DNA from: Candidatus Latescibacterota bacterium | GTDB lineage: Bacteria; Latescibacterota; UBA2968; UBA8231 | Direction of reading: 5' to 3' | DNA length: 64,000 nucleotides | Assembly (NCBI GenBank): GCA_965200315.1 | Contig: OZ241362.1 | Coordinates: 1,664,001 to 1,728,000 of the forward strand | In this document: positions 18,597-27,445 of the stretch, piece by piece | How the letters are laid out: the number at the start of each line of letters is the position of its first letter | Position numbering within the stretch: the stretch's first letter is position 1 | Position numbers and translations under genes: made by a program | Notes under the pieces: model-generated | Database searches by the model: none | What the model was told of the DNA's origin: nothing | Seen by the model: only the letters and a program-made list of their open reading frames with translations

Positions 18597-20632
18597 CCAA
18601 CATGAGTGCATTGCCGCAGATCACCGCGACCCGGGTGGGTGCGCCGCCGGCCTGGGCCCTACTAGAGCGCAATCTCATCGCCCAGATGGAGGAAGGGGCT
18701 CGGTTCAGGTTTCGCCAGTGTACGGAGCGCGGTGGAGCCATTCTCTACGCCGAGGATTTCGACGATCTCTTCGAGCAATTCTACAACTGGGGCCTGTTCT
18801 ACGCCATGGGCGCAGACGACAGCTTGCTCGAGATGGCGGCGACCGCGTGGAACGCAACCGTCCGAATCAGCGATGAGAACATCGTCCATCGCACCCGGTT
18901 TAACGACCACAAGAAAGTCTTTCGGCCCTCGGCCCGGCGGGAGTTCTGGAATATCGAACAGGCCATGGAGTGGCATCATCTGGGGGAGGGCATGATGGCC
19001 TTGTACGACTTCGGCGTCGCCGACCCGACGATCTCGGAGATGGCCCGGCGCACCCAGCTATTCGCCGGATTCTACACGGGCGAAGACCCGGAGGCTCCCA
19101 ACTACGACCCGGTGCATAAGGTCCTCCGCTCCCCCTTCCAGTCGAGCCAAGGACCGTTGCAGGAAGTGGGGGCCGAGACCGCGCACGCCATGCTCTTGGC
19201 GGGGCGCTGGCTGGGCAGCGAAGTCAACTACTACGGCGTCCGCGCCAGTCTCTACCCAGTTGTGGAAGACCTCGAGCTCGACTGGTGGGAGGACCCGGCG
19301 CGACAGGCGGAGATCGTCGATCTGTTCAACAAGCTGATTCTACAGTCGGACACGCCCAACAACCTCGGCGCCACCGCGCTGGTGACCCACGCCTACTTGT
19401 ACACCGGCGACGAAAAGTACAAACGCTGGGTGCTGGACTACACCGAGGCGTGGATGGAGCGGGCCGCGCAAAACGGCGGCATCATGCCCGACAACGTGGG
19501 TCCCAACGGCATCATCGGCGAGCGTCGCAGCGGCAACTTCTGGGGTGGTCAGTACGGTTGGAACCACTATCAGGGCTTCAACATCATGTTTCACAGCCTC
19601 AACATCGCCGCCGAATGCGCTCTGCTGCTGACCGGCGACTTCGGCTATCTCGATCTGCTCCGCGATCAGGTCAAAATCCTCCTCAATGCCTCCATCGAGC
19701 GAGAGGACGGTCAGCTTATTATGCCGACGCGCTACGGCCCCTCTGGCTGGCAGTACGACCCACCCCTGCCGCGGCGGGAAGACACCATCGTGCCGATGCG
19801 CCACGTTTACACCGGCCCAATTCCCTGGCGCATGCAGGAGCTGGCCCACCTGTACCACGCCTCTATGGCGCAGGAGGATTACGAGCTGATCGAGCGGGTG
19901 CGCGAGGGGGAGGTCGAGCGCGACTGGAATTCTGTTGGCGCGGTTGCCGGCGAAAAGAACGGGGGACAGACCGAGTTCGCCCGGTTCCAGTACTACGACG
20001 GCAAGAACCCGGACTGGCCCGAGCAGATCTTGGCGGCCGAGTCCGAGTGGTCCATGCAGGCCATTGACCGGATGCACAAGGACCAGCGCACCGTAATCGA
20101 AAGACTGCAGAAAAACGCCATTCCCGACAACCCGGTCTTTACCAAGGGCCTCACCCAAGTGACGATGGGGGCACCCCAGTCCATCTACAACGGCGGGCTG
20201 CTGCGCGCCACAGTTCGCTACTACGACCGAGACGAGCAGCGTCCCGGGCTACCGCCGGACGTCGCCGCCCTCGTCGATCATCTCGCAGCCGACGCCGTAG
20301 GGGTCCAGCTCGTGAACTGCAGCCGGGAAGAGGAGCGACGGTTGATCGTGCAGGCGGGGGCCTTTGGGGAGCACACCTTCACGAAGGTGAGAGCGGAGCA
20401 TGGCGAGGGAGCGGCTCCGGCCATAACGCCCGTAAACGGCCGGTACGTCGCCGTCAATCTTCCGCCCGCGACCCAGGTGAGCCTCAACGCCGGTCTCTCT
20501 CGGTTCAGCAACAAGCCGAGTTACGCCTTCCCTTGGCACGGCGATGAGATCCCGATCCCGTTTCCCGTAAACGCGGGTACAACCGGCCAATCGGGTTCGG
20601 CGTACGTAGCACCGTCTCAGTCAGCGTCCTAG
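18593..20632 (+). CDS. Uncharacterised Trp/Tyr-rich cytoplasmic protein, possible (alpha/alpha)-barrel lyase/hydrolase
   Basis: 679 aa, coupled to the oxidoreductase by ATGA overlap. Motifs FYNWGLFY, EWHH.GEG, AYLYTGDEKY, PDNVGPNG..GE, WGGQYGW are shared with the paralog at 60140-61960. Confidence 0.6.
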   Translation: MTNMSALPQITATRVGAPPAWALLERNLIAQMEEGARFRFRQCTERGGAILYAEDFDDLFEQFYNWGLFYAMGADDSLLEMAATAWNATVRISDENIVHRTRFNDHKKVFRPSARREFWNIEQAMEWHHLGEGMMALYDFGVADPTISEMARRTQLFAGFYTGEDPEAPNYDPVHKVLRSPFQSSQGPLQEVGAETAHAMLLAGRWLGSEVNYYGVRASLYPVVEDLELDWWEDPARQAEIVDLFNKLILQSDTPNNLGATALVTHAYLYTGDEKYKRWVLDYTEAWMERAAQNGGIMPDNVGPNGIIGERRSGNFWGGQYGWNHYQGFNIMFHSLNIAAECALLLTGDFGYLDLLRDQVKILLNASIEREDGQLIMPTRYGPSGWQYDPPLPRREDTIVPMRHVYTGPIPWRMQELAHLYHASMAQEDYELIERVREGEVERDWNSVGAVAGEKNGGQTEFARFQYYDGKNPDWPEQILAAESEWSMQAIDRMHKDQRTVIERLQKNAIPDNPVFTKGLTQVTMGAPQSIYNGGLLRATVRYYDRDEQRPGLPPDVAALVDHLAADAVGVQLVNCSREEERRLIVQAGAFGEHTFTKVRAEHGEGAAPAITPVNGRYVAVNLPPATQVSLNAGLSRFSNKPSYAFPWHGDEIPIPFPVNAGTTGQSGSAYVAPSQSAS

Positions 20633-21789
20633 GCCGAGGCCAGCACCCGCACGACGTTTTCCCCCATAATCTTGGCCGCGTCCGTCTCGGAATAGCTATG
20701 GTCGATCAACGCTGCGGTGTACTCCTTCCACTGCGGCACACTTTGTGCATGCGAGGAAAGGCCGACATGGTCGATTCCCACTGCGTTGATTACATGGTCA
20801 ATGGTGACTAGGTCGAGCTTGGTGTCCCACACCTCCGCGTCGGCCAACTTGGCCCGGGCGCGCTCGAACGGGTCGGGGTAGTGCTGGTGCAGGGCGTCGT
20901 CGCGCTTGCGCCGGGCCTCGTGTCGTTCGCGAGGAGTTCGCGGCGTCGGTGCCAAGACGCAAACCACGCCTCCCCCATCTGCTACTCCCCGCATCAGGTC
21001 GTCTGGCATGTCGCGCAGACTCCGGCTGAGAGCCCGGGCTTTGGTGTGGGTGGCTATCATTGGTTTCGTCGCCACTGTTAGGGCATCTCTGCAGGTGTAG
21101 TCGGAGCAGTGCGCCAAGTCGACGAGCATGCCAAGTTCGTTGCAGGTGCGGATCACATCGCGCCCCAAGTAGGTCAAGCCGGGGCGATCGTTCAACTCGG
21201 TGCTGGAGTCGGCCCAAGAGGTCGCGCTCAAGTGGCTGGGGCACATGACCCGTATGCCCTCGCGGTAAAACTCGCGGAGCACATCGAGACGGTCCGCGAT
21301 AAAGCCACTCATCAGCATCAGCACCATCGCGATCCTGCCGTCGGCGACGATCCTAGAAATGTCATCGCCGGAGCGAGCGATCTCGACGTAGTCCCCGTAG
21401 GCCGCGGCGAACTGCTTGTGCTCTTTGAGGTTCATCACTACGCGCTCAATGAGTTCCTCGCCTTCAAAGAATGGCTTCCACTGCCTAGACCCGCGAGTCG
21501 GTTCGGTTAGGGGATCGGACTCCGGCGTCTCGGCCACGTACTGTTCCTCCACCCCAAACGCTTGGATGACCACGTCGATACGTCCGCGGATATTCTCCTC
21601 TAGATCTACCACAGCCGAGTACGCGTCAACCACGGTGAGCTGCCGATGGAGCTGGTCGTACGGGCCGCGATCGAAGCGGTCATCGAGAACGCAGTGGGTC
21701 GACGCGTCCAGCCTGCCAATTTTTTGGCCAATCGGCAGGCACAGCCTCTCAGTCTCGCGGCTTTCGCCGTACTTAGGTCGCCTAGTCAT
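20629..21789 (-). CDS. Membrane dipeptidase (M19)-like amidohydrolase homolog with altered active site
   Basis: GLTYLGRDVIRTCNELGMLVDLAH, IATHT, RDMPDDLMR..ADGGGVV, IDHVINAVGIDHVGL, KIMGENVVRV. Start uncertain: ATG 21789 chosen because the ORF-track start overlaps uxuA. Confidence 0.75.
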   Translation of the reverse strand: MTRRPKYGESRETERLCLPIGQKIGRLDASTHCVLDDRFDRGPYDQLHRQLTVVDAYSAVVDLEENIRGRIDVVIQAFGVEEQYVAETPESDPLTEPTRGSRQWKPFFEGEELIERVVMNLKEHKQFAAAYGDYVEIARSGDDISRIVADGRIAMVLMLMSGFIADRLDVLREFYREGIRVMCPSHLSATSWADSSTELNDRPGLTYLGRDVIRTCNELGMLVDLAHCSDYTCRDALTVATKPMIATHTKARALSRSLRDMPDDLMRGVADGGGVVCVLAPTPRTPRERHEARRKRDDALHQHYPDPFERARAKLADAEVWDTKLDLVTIDHVINAVGIDHVGLSSHAQSVPQWKEYTAALIDHSYSETDAAKIMGENVVRVLASA

Positions 21790-21844
21790 CCCGATCCCTG
21801 ACGGGCAGATGGCCGATAAAGTATGCCGCGGCAGGTACGCACGG

Positions 21845-22900
21845 CTAGGCCGGACCACCGCTTTCGTTGTTGACTGCCTGCACCAGTGCCCGCATGTAGG
21901 CGATGGAGTACGCGACGCCCACGCGACCTCCTCCCAGCATCTCGGGAATGTGGTCGGGGATGATGGCTCCGTCAAACTCGACAGCGCGCAGGGCCTGCAT
22001 CACGCGGTGCATGTCCTGATAGCCGTCGTCCATCAGGGTTTCGACCCACGGGTCGGGCATGGGGTTGGAGACGTTGCGGAAGTGAATTTTGAAGAGCTTG
22101 TTGCGCACGCCAAAGTAGTGTATCGCCTCTTCAACCGACGCCCCCATGCCCTGCTTGCCGCCCTCCAACCAGCAGCCGACGCACAGACAAACGCCGATAT
22201 TGGAGCTGTCGGCGATGTCCATCGCTCGCTTATACCCGGCAAAATTGCCGAAGATACAGCGGGGTATTCCGCCTAGGGCATAGACCGGCGGGTCGTCGGG
22301 ATGGAGGCCGATATAGACTCCAGCTTCCTCGGCGACCGGCGCGACCTTGCGGATCATGTACTCGTAGTTTTCCCACAGCTCGTCTTCCGTGTAGGCGCGG
22401 CCGTGGGTCAAGTCGCCGCCAAAGGTCTCGCTGCCCCAGCGACCTTTGGCGTTTTTGATGTCGAGGGTCCGTGCGCTCATGCCGCCGCGACAGGTGGTGC
22501 GGCCGCTGCTCCAGATGCCGTTGCCCATGTGGGCGTACGTGTGGTAGCGAATGCCAGCGGCACCGAGGTCGCGGATAAACTGGATTAGCTCTTCGACTTT
22601 CTCGTCGCGGCCGGGCAGGTTAAGCGTGATCTCCGGGACGTTGTGGACCGCGTGATTGGCGATGCGATATATCTGTAGCCCGTAGGCGGCAAAGCGCTCG
22701 GCGAACCATTTGTAGTGTTCGACGCTGTGCAAGGCCGGGTCGTCGATCCCGAGCATGACCCATTCGACGCCGAGTTGTTGGAAGAATTGCAAATCCTCGT
22801 CGCTGGCCTTGTGTGAGGTCTGGACGGCGACTTGGATTCCCGGCTTGCTGGCGTACAAGCCGGGGACAGCACGCAGTGCGTAGGATCTATGAGTGGTCAT
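21845..22900 (-). CDS. uxuA: Mannonate dehydratase (UxuA) family protein
   Basis: LWENYEY..KVAPVAEEAGV.IGLHPDDPP, IHFRNV, IIPDHIP. Start ATG 22900 overlaps the upstream stop (ATGA). Confidence 0.85.
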   Translation of the reverse strand: MTTHRSYALRAVPGLYASKPGIQVAVQTSHKASDEDLQFFQQLGVEWVMLGIDDPALHSVEHYKWFAERFAAYGLQIYRIANHAVHNVPEITLNLPGRDEKVEELIQFIRDLGAAGIRYHTYAHMGNGIWSSGRTTCRGGMSARTLDIKNAKGRWGSETFGGDLTHGRAYTEDELWENYEYMIRKVAPVAEEAGVYIGLHPDDPPVYALGGIPRCIFGNFAGYKRAMDIADSSNIGVCLCVGCWLEGGKQGMGASVEEAIHYFGVRNKLFKIHFRNVSNPMPDPWVETLMDDGYQDMHRVMQALRAVEFDGAIIPDHIPEMLGGGRVGVAYSIAYMRALVQAVNNESGGPA

Positions 22901-23685
22901 GGCGTGCCTTCCTTTATCAGTTCTGAAACTGGCTGCGACCTTTCCCAGCGCAGCGCGACCTCTTGGTCCATGCCGCAGAGCCAGTTCCAAGTGCGGATGC
23001 GCCGCACCCGGTCTCGGTAGGATTCGACTTCGGTTACGTAGGGCAGACGCGGGCGGTCGCGATAGGCGGGAATTTCCGCCGCATCGCAGAGCCAGTCCCG
23101 CTGCGATGCGGCCGTGCGGTGGTAGGAAAACTTGATCATGCTGCGGGCGCGGTCGTTGGTTTTGGGGCCGGCCTTGTGCCAGATGCCATAGCGAGTCAGC
23201 ACCACGGTGCCGGCCGGCACGGTCAGCGAAACTTGGCCGCAGATATCGCCGTAGTGGGCGATGGCTTCGCGATCGACGGCGCGGCAATGCGAACCGGGTA
23301 GAACCATGGTCGGCCCGTCGGCGAGCCCGACGCGGTGCGGGTAGTAGTAGCACTGGAGCTCGACGACATCGTAGCCGCTGCCCGAAAGCCCGTCCGAATG
23401 CCAAGTCTGGCCGAGGTGCGGCTCCTTAAAAAAGTGGTGGTGGCCGCCTCGGGGCACCAAGAAGTCCTCGCCCAAAAGCGAACGCGCGACCCCGGCGACT
23501 TGGGGATGCAGGAGCACCTGCTGGGTGAAGTCGTCCGAGGCGATAAAGGCGTCGCAATTGCCGGGGGCGAGATCGTCGCAGCAGCGATTGAAGCACTCGT
23601 CGATGACGCTTTCGCAGACGACCAAGCCGGAGGCGACAAAGTCCATGACGCCGTCGTCGTCTAGCGTCGGTCTAATTGGGGACAT
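22897..23685 (-). CDS. Phytanoyl-CoA dioxygenase (PhyH) family Fe/2OG enzyme
   Basis: WHSDG (HxD), GPTMVLPGSH, VPAGTVV..IWH motifs. Confidence 0.85.
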   Translation of the reverse strand: MSPIRPTLDDDGVMDFVASGLVVCESVIDECFNRCCDDLAPGNCDAFIASDDFTQQVLLHPQVAGVARSLLGEDFLVPRGGHHHFFKEPHLGQTWHSDGLSGSGYDVVELQCYYYPHRVGLADGPTMVLPGSHCRAVDREAIAHYGDICGQVSLTVPAGTVVLTRYGIWHKAGPKTNDRARSMIKFSYHRTAASQRDWLCDAAEIPAYRDRPRLPYVTEVESYRDRVRRIRTWNWLCGMDQEVALRWERSQPVSELIKEGTP

Positions 23686-23694
23686 CCGTTCCTC

Positions 23695-24054
23695 CTAAAC
23701 GAATTTTTCGAGCACGAACTCATAGCCGAGGTAGTCGTTGTCCTCGCCTTCGTACGCGTAGAGCTTGGCGATGGGAAATTGCACCACGCGCCAGCCATCG
23801 GCCACAGCCGCGAGCACCGACTCATAGGGCGGTTCGGTGCTGGGCAGGGTCGGCATTTGCGGCTGGGTGGCGTCGTACAAGGCCCAGCTAGCCAGCGGCG
23901 AGCGCATATTGGTCGATTTGGCGTAGAGATAGAGAATCTGCTGGCGGGGTTCGACGAGCAATTCACCGAGGCGGTCGAGATCCGCAGCGGTAATCGCCGC
24001 GGTGCGGAGCTTGTCTCGGCACTGTGTCAACCAGTCTTTTACAGCTTCGTGCAT
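23695..24054 (-). CDS. Small conserved hypothetical protein (119 aa)
   Basis: ATG 24054 preceded by AGGAG. C-terminal YESVLAAVADGWRVVQFP..GYEFVLEK. First gene of the operon with PhyH and UxuA. Confidence 0.6.
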   Translation of the reverse strand: MHEAVKDWLTQCRDKLRTAAITAADLDRLGELLVEPRQQILYLYAKSTNMRSPLASWALYDATQPQMPTLPSTEPPYESVLAAVADGWRVVQFPIAKLYAYEGEDNDYLGYEFVLEKFV

Positions 24055-24115
24055 GTAGGCTCCTGATGGCGTCGGCGACATAAAAAAGCACCCCCTTTTA
24101 GCGGGGTCAACAATG

Positions 24116-25138
24116 CTAGTAATCAACCACCACCTTGATGGTTTGGGGCTGGAGCGCGGCGTCGAAACCGGCGACCAAAGCGGGAAAGGCAACGCACTGC
24201 GAGATGAGGGGGGCCACGTCGAGTTGCCGCCGCGCCAACAGGTCGAGGGCCTGGGGAAATACATGGGCAAAGCGGAAGGAGCCGCGGACGGTCAATTCCT
24301 TTTGCATGACCAAGTTGACCGGCAGTTCAATCGGGCCGCCCTGGACGCCCAACTGCACGATGGTGCCACCGGCCTTGCAGTGCGCGTACGCGGTTTGTAG
24401 GGCGGCTGGCACCCCAGAGGCTTCCACGACGACGTCGAATCCCGCGCCCGCTGCTCTGGCAATTGCGGTCGGATCGTCGGCGCACACGGGCTGATCGGCC
24501 CACAGCGACGCTGCCAAGTCGAGCGCACTTTGGCGAATATCGCTGACGGCGAGATGGGCCGCTCCGTAGTGCCGAGCGACCAAGCCGATGAGCTGGCCGA
24601 TGGGACCGGCACCCGTCACCAGTACGCGCTTGCCAGCGATGCCTCCTGCTTGGTCGACGCCGTGGACGGCGATGGACAGCGGTTCAAGCAGGGCCGCTTG
24701 GCGATAATCCATCGCCGCGGGAAGCGGATGGCAGTTGTGAACATGGACTGGCACGTATTCGCGGAACGAGCCGTCTTGGGGCGGGCTACAGGCCGCAGAG
24801 CCAAAGTAGCGCATCTGCGGGCAGAGGTTGTAGCGACCTTGGCGGCAGTGGGCGCACGTGCGGCAGGGGTGGGACGGGTCAATGGCCACTCGGCTGCCCA
24901 TCGGCAGCACATCCGCGAACGCGCCCGCATCGACGACTTCCCCGGCCGCCTCGTGCCCGAGGACAAACGGGCGCTCCGGGACGAAATCGCCGTTCCTGCC
25001 GTGTACATAGTAGTGCAGGTCTGAACCGCAGATGCCGGTGGCGCGGATTTGCACCAAGACCTCGTCCGCGGCGCGCTGCGGTCGGGCGACTTCCGCGGCC
25101 CGCAGGTCGCGGGCACCGTATAGATAAAAGGCTCGCAT
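24116..25138 (-). CDS. Zn-dependent dehydrogenase, L-idonate 5-/sorbitol dehydrogenase-like
   Basis: GICGSDLH, LGHE, structural-Zn motif CRTCAHC..NLC, GAGPIG, VRGSFRF. Start ATG 25138. Confidence 0.88.
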   Translation of the reverse strand: MRAFYLYGARDLRAAEVARPQRAADEVLVQIRATGICGSDLHYYVHGRNGDFVPERPFVLGHEAAGEVVDAGAFADVLPMGSRVAIDPSHPCRTCAHCRQGRYNLCPQMRYFGSAACSPPQDGSFREYVPVHVHNCHPLPAAMDYRQAALLEPLSIAVHGVDQAGGIAGKRVLVTGAGPIGQLIGLVARHYGAAHLAVSDIRQSALDLAASLWADQPVCADDPTAIARAAGAGFDVVVEASGVPAALQTAYAHCKAGGTIVQLGVQGGPIELPVNLVMQKELTVRGSFRFAHVFPQALDLLARRQLDVAPLISQCVAFPALVAGFDAALQPQTIKVVVDY

Positions 25139-25261
25139 GCAGCCGATAGTAGCGGCCAAAGTACGGCGCGTCAAGGGAAGGGCTGGCCACGGCGAGATTT
25201 GCCTGCCGCAGGCGTTGTACGTACTGTGCAGACACCATTGTCGTTAGAAAGGGAACCTACC

Positions 25262-26233
25262 ATGAAGCTCGGCCTCAAGTTCGGCCTCGACACACTCAGC
25301 AAAGAAAACCTGCAATTCGCCCAGCAGATGGGCGTCACACACATCGTCGTCCACAGCCCCCGCCTCGGCGACGAAGGTGTGCTCGATTACTTCGAGCTGC
25401 TGCGGATGAAAAAATTCATCGACTCGTTCGGCTTGGAGCTGTGCGCCATCGAGAACTTGCCCGGCGATCACATGCACCCCATCACCCATGCGACTTTAGG
25501 GCGCGACGCCCAGTTGGCGAAAGTCTGCACGTCCATTGAAAACATGGGAAAAATCGGCATTCCGATCCTCGGCTACTACTTCAGTTTGGCCGGCGTCTCC
25601 GGCCACTGGCGCGCGTACAACAGCGGCGGCGGACGCGGTGGGGCCGGCCTGAAAAGCTTTGATTACAGCTTAGTCAAGGACGCGCCGCCGATCGTCGATC
25701 AGCCGGTCTCAGTCGCCGAGATGTGGGAGCGGCTGGCCTATTTTCTCGAACGGGTGGTGCCCGTCGCCGAAAACGCTGGCGTCAAACTCGCCGCCCACCA
25801 AGACGACCCCCCAGCCGAAACCCTCTTCGGCACGGGCCGGCTCCTGACCAATCACGACGCCATGCAGCGGTTAATAGACCTCGTGCCCAGTCCGAGCAAT
25901 GGATTGGAGTTTTGCCAAGGAACGGTGGCCGAGATGGGGCCGGACGAGACGATCTCAGCCGTGCGCCGCTTCGTCGCCCAAGGCAAGATATTCTACGTGC
26001 ATTTCCGCAATGTGCGCGGCGGCTTCCCCAAGTTCGACGAGGTCTTTATCGACGAGGGCGACGTCAACATGATCGCCGCGCTCAAAGCCTATCGCGACGC
26101 TGGCTACGACGGGGTTATCACGCCCGACCACACGCCTCGCGTAATCGGCGACGAACCGTACGGACACCGGGGCCGAGCTTTCGCCTTAGGGTACATTCGC
26201 GCTGGAATGCAGGCACTGGAATTGCTGGATTAG
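25262..26233 (+). CDS. uxuA: Mannonate dehydratase (UxuA) family protein, second copy
   Basis: MWERLAYFLERVVPVAE..HQDDPP, NGLEFCQG, YVHFRNV, FIDEGD, PDHTP, AFALGY. Confidence 0.87.
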   Translation: MKLGLKFGLDTLSKENLQFAQQMGVTHIVVHSPRLGDEGVLDYFELLRMKKFIDSFGLELCAIENLPGDHMHPITHATLGRDAQLAKVCTSIENMGKIGIPILGYYFSLAGVSGHWRAYNSGGGRGGAGLKSFDYSLVKDAPPIVDQPVSVAEMWERLAYFLERVVPVAENAGVKLAAHQDDPPAETLFGTGRLLTNHDAMQRLIDLVPSPSNGLEFCQGTVAEMGPDETISAVRRFVAQGKIFYVHFRNVRGGFPKFDEVFIDEGDVNMIAALKAYRDAGYDGVITPDHTPRVIGDEPYGHRGRAFALGYIRAGMQALELLD

Positions 26234-26253
26234 TAGGAAGGATTAAAGGGATG

Positions 26254-26341
26254 TGGTGCCGAGGGCCGGACTCGAACCGGCACGTCCTAAGCGGACAGTG
26301 GATTTTAAGTCCACCGCGTCTACCAATTCCGCCACCCCGGC
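26254..26341 (-). tRNA. tRNA-Leu (TAA)
   Basis: Reverse complement GCCGGGGTGGCGGAATTGGTAGACGCGGTGGAC-TTAAAA-TCCAC...GGTTCGAGTCC...GGCACCA; long variable arm; encoded CCA. Confidence 0.96.
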
Positions 26342-26356
26342 GCACGAGCAAAAAAA

Positions 26357-26430
26357 TGGAGGCGACGCCCGGAATCGAACCGGGGATAAGGGCTTTGCAG
26401 GCCCCTGCCTTACCACTTGGCCACGTCGCC
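26357..26430 (-). tRNA. tRNA-Cys (GCA)
   Basis: Reverse complement GGCGACGTGGCCAAGTGGTAAGGCAGGGGCCTGCAAAGCCCTTATCCCCGGTTCGATTCCGGGCGTCGCCTCCA. Confidence 0.96.
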
Positions 26431-26445
26431 TCAAACAGGGATTTG

Positions 26446-26474
26446 AAGATACGCGGCGGGCATGTTTCTGTCAA
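26446..26474 (-). promoter_or_regulatory. Sigma70 promoter for tRNA-Cys/tRNA-Leu
   Basis: Minus strand TTGACA-17 bp-TATCTT, ending 15 nt before the tRNA-Cys 5' end. Confidence 0.7.
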
Positions 26475-26555
26475 CCTACCTGCCGCCTGATTGCGCCGCC
26501 AAGAACGAGTTAGAATTGTGCTAACTCCTCGCCTACTGCAACCGCCCAAATGCCT

Positions 26556-26583
26556 TTGACACGAAGCAAAAAACGTATAGAAT
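26556..26583 (+). promoter_or_regulatory. Sigma70 promoter for thyA
   Basis: TTGACA-16 bp-TAGAAT. Confidence 0.55.
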
Positions 26584-26640
26584 AATAGAGCATCGCTACA
26601 AGTACATTGTTGCAGTCGGCTACGCTTACGACCTTTTACC

Positions 26641-27432
26641 ATGCGATTATACCTCGACCTAGTAAGCCATTGTCTCGACCACGGCGAGGCCAAAGCCGAC
26701 CGCACGGGCGTCGGCACCCTCGCCATCTTCGGCTATCAGATGCGCTTTGATCTGGCGGCCGGGTTCCCCTGCCTGACCACCAAGAAGCTGCATTTGCGCT
26801 CTATTATCCACGAACTCTTGTGGTTCCTCAAAGGCGACACCAACACGGCCTATTTGCAAAAAGAAAACGTCCGCATCTGGGACGAATGGGCCGATGAAAA
26901 CGGCGACCTCGGCCCCATCTACGGCAAGCAGTGGCGCGAGTGTTCCACCCCAGACGGCCCCATCGACCAAATTCAACGCGCCGTTGAGCTGATTAAGACC
27001 GATCCCGATTCGCGCCGCATCCTCGTCAGCGCGTGGAACGTCGGCGAGTTGGAGCAAATGGCCCTCATGCCCTGCCACTGCCTGTTCCAGTTTTTCGTCG
27101 CACGCGGTCGGCTTTCCTGCCAGCTCTATCAACGCTCTTGTGACGTGGGGCTTGGCGTGCCGTTCAACATCGCCAGCTACAGCCTGCTGACCATGATGAT
27201 GGCCCAAGTCTGCGGCTTGCAGCCCGGGGAATTCGTCTGGACTGGCGGCGATGTCCACATCTATCAGAACCACATCGCCGCGCTGCGCCAACAACTCTGC
27301 CGCACTCCCCGGCCGCAGCCGGTGATGACCATTAAAAATCGCGGCCAGTCAATTTCCGACTTCCGCTACGACGACTTCAAACTGCTCAACTACCACCCTC
27401 ATCCTTCCATCCCCATGGAGATCGCCGTCTGA
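26641..27432 (+). CDS. thyA: Thymidylate synthase
   Basis: [49 protein letters not shown]. Confidence 0.97.
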   Translation: MRLYLDLVSHCLDHGEAKADRTGVGTLAIFGYQMRFDLAAGFPCLTTKKLHLRSIIHELLWFLKGDTNTAYLQKENVRIWDEWADENGDLGPIYGKQWRECSTPDGPIDQIQRAVELIKTDPDSRRILVSAWNVGELEQMALMPCHCLFQFFVARGRLSCQLYQRSCDVGLGVPFNIASYSLLTMMMAQVCGLQPGEFVWTGGDVHIYQNHIAALRQQLCRTPRPQPVMTIKNRGQSISDFRYDDFKLLNYHPHPSIPMEIAV

Positions 27433-27445
27433 CGGCTCTATTTGT

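Noticed and set aside
22901-23404. Apparent long N-terminal extension of UxuA (519-aa ORF), suggesting a PhyH-UxuA overlap or fusion
   Set aside because: It is an off-frame read of the PhyH gene; UxuA has its own RBS (AAGGAAGG) and ATG at 22900.
26118-26726. Several ORFs spanning the tRNA region
   Set aside because: Fully explained by tRNA-Leu, tRNA-Cys and their promoters.
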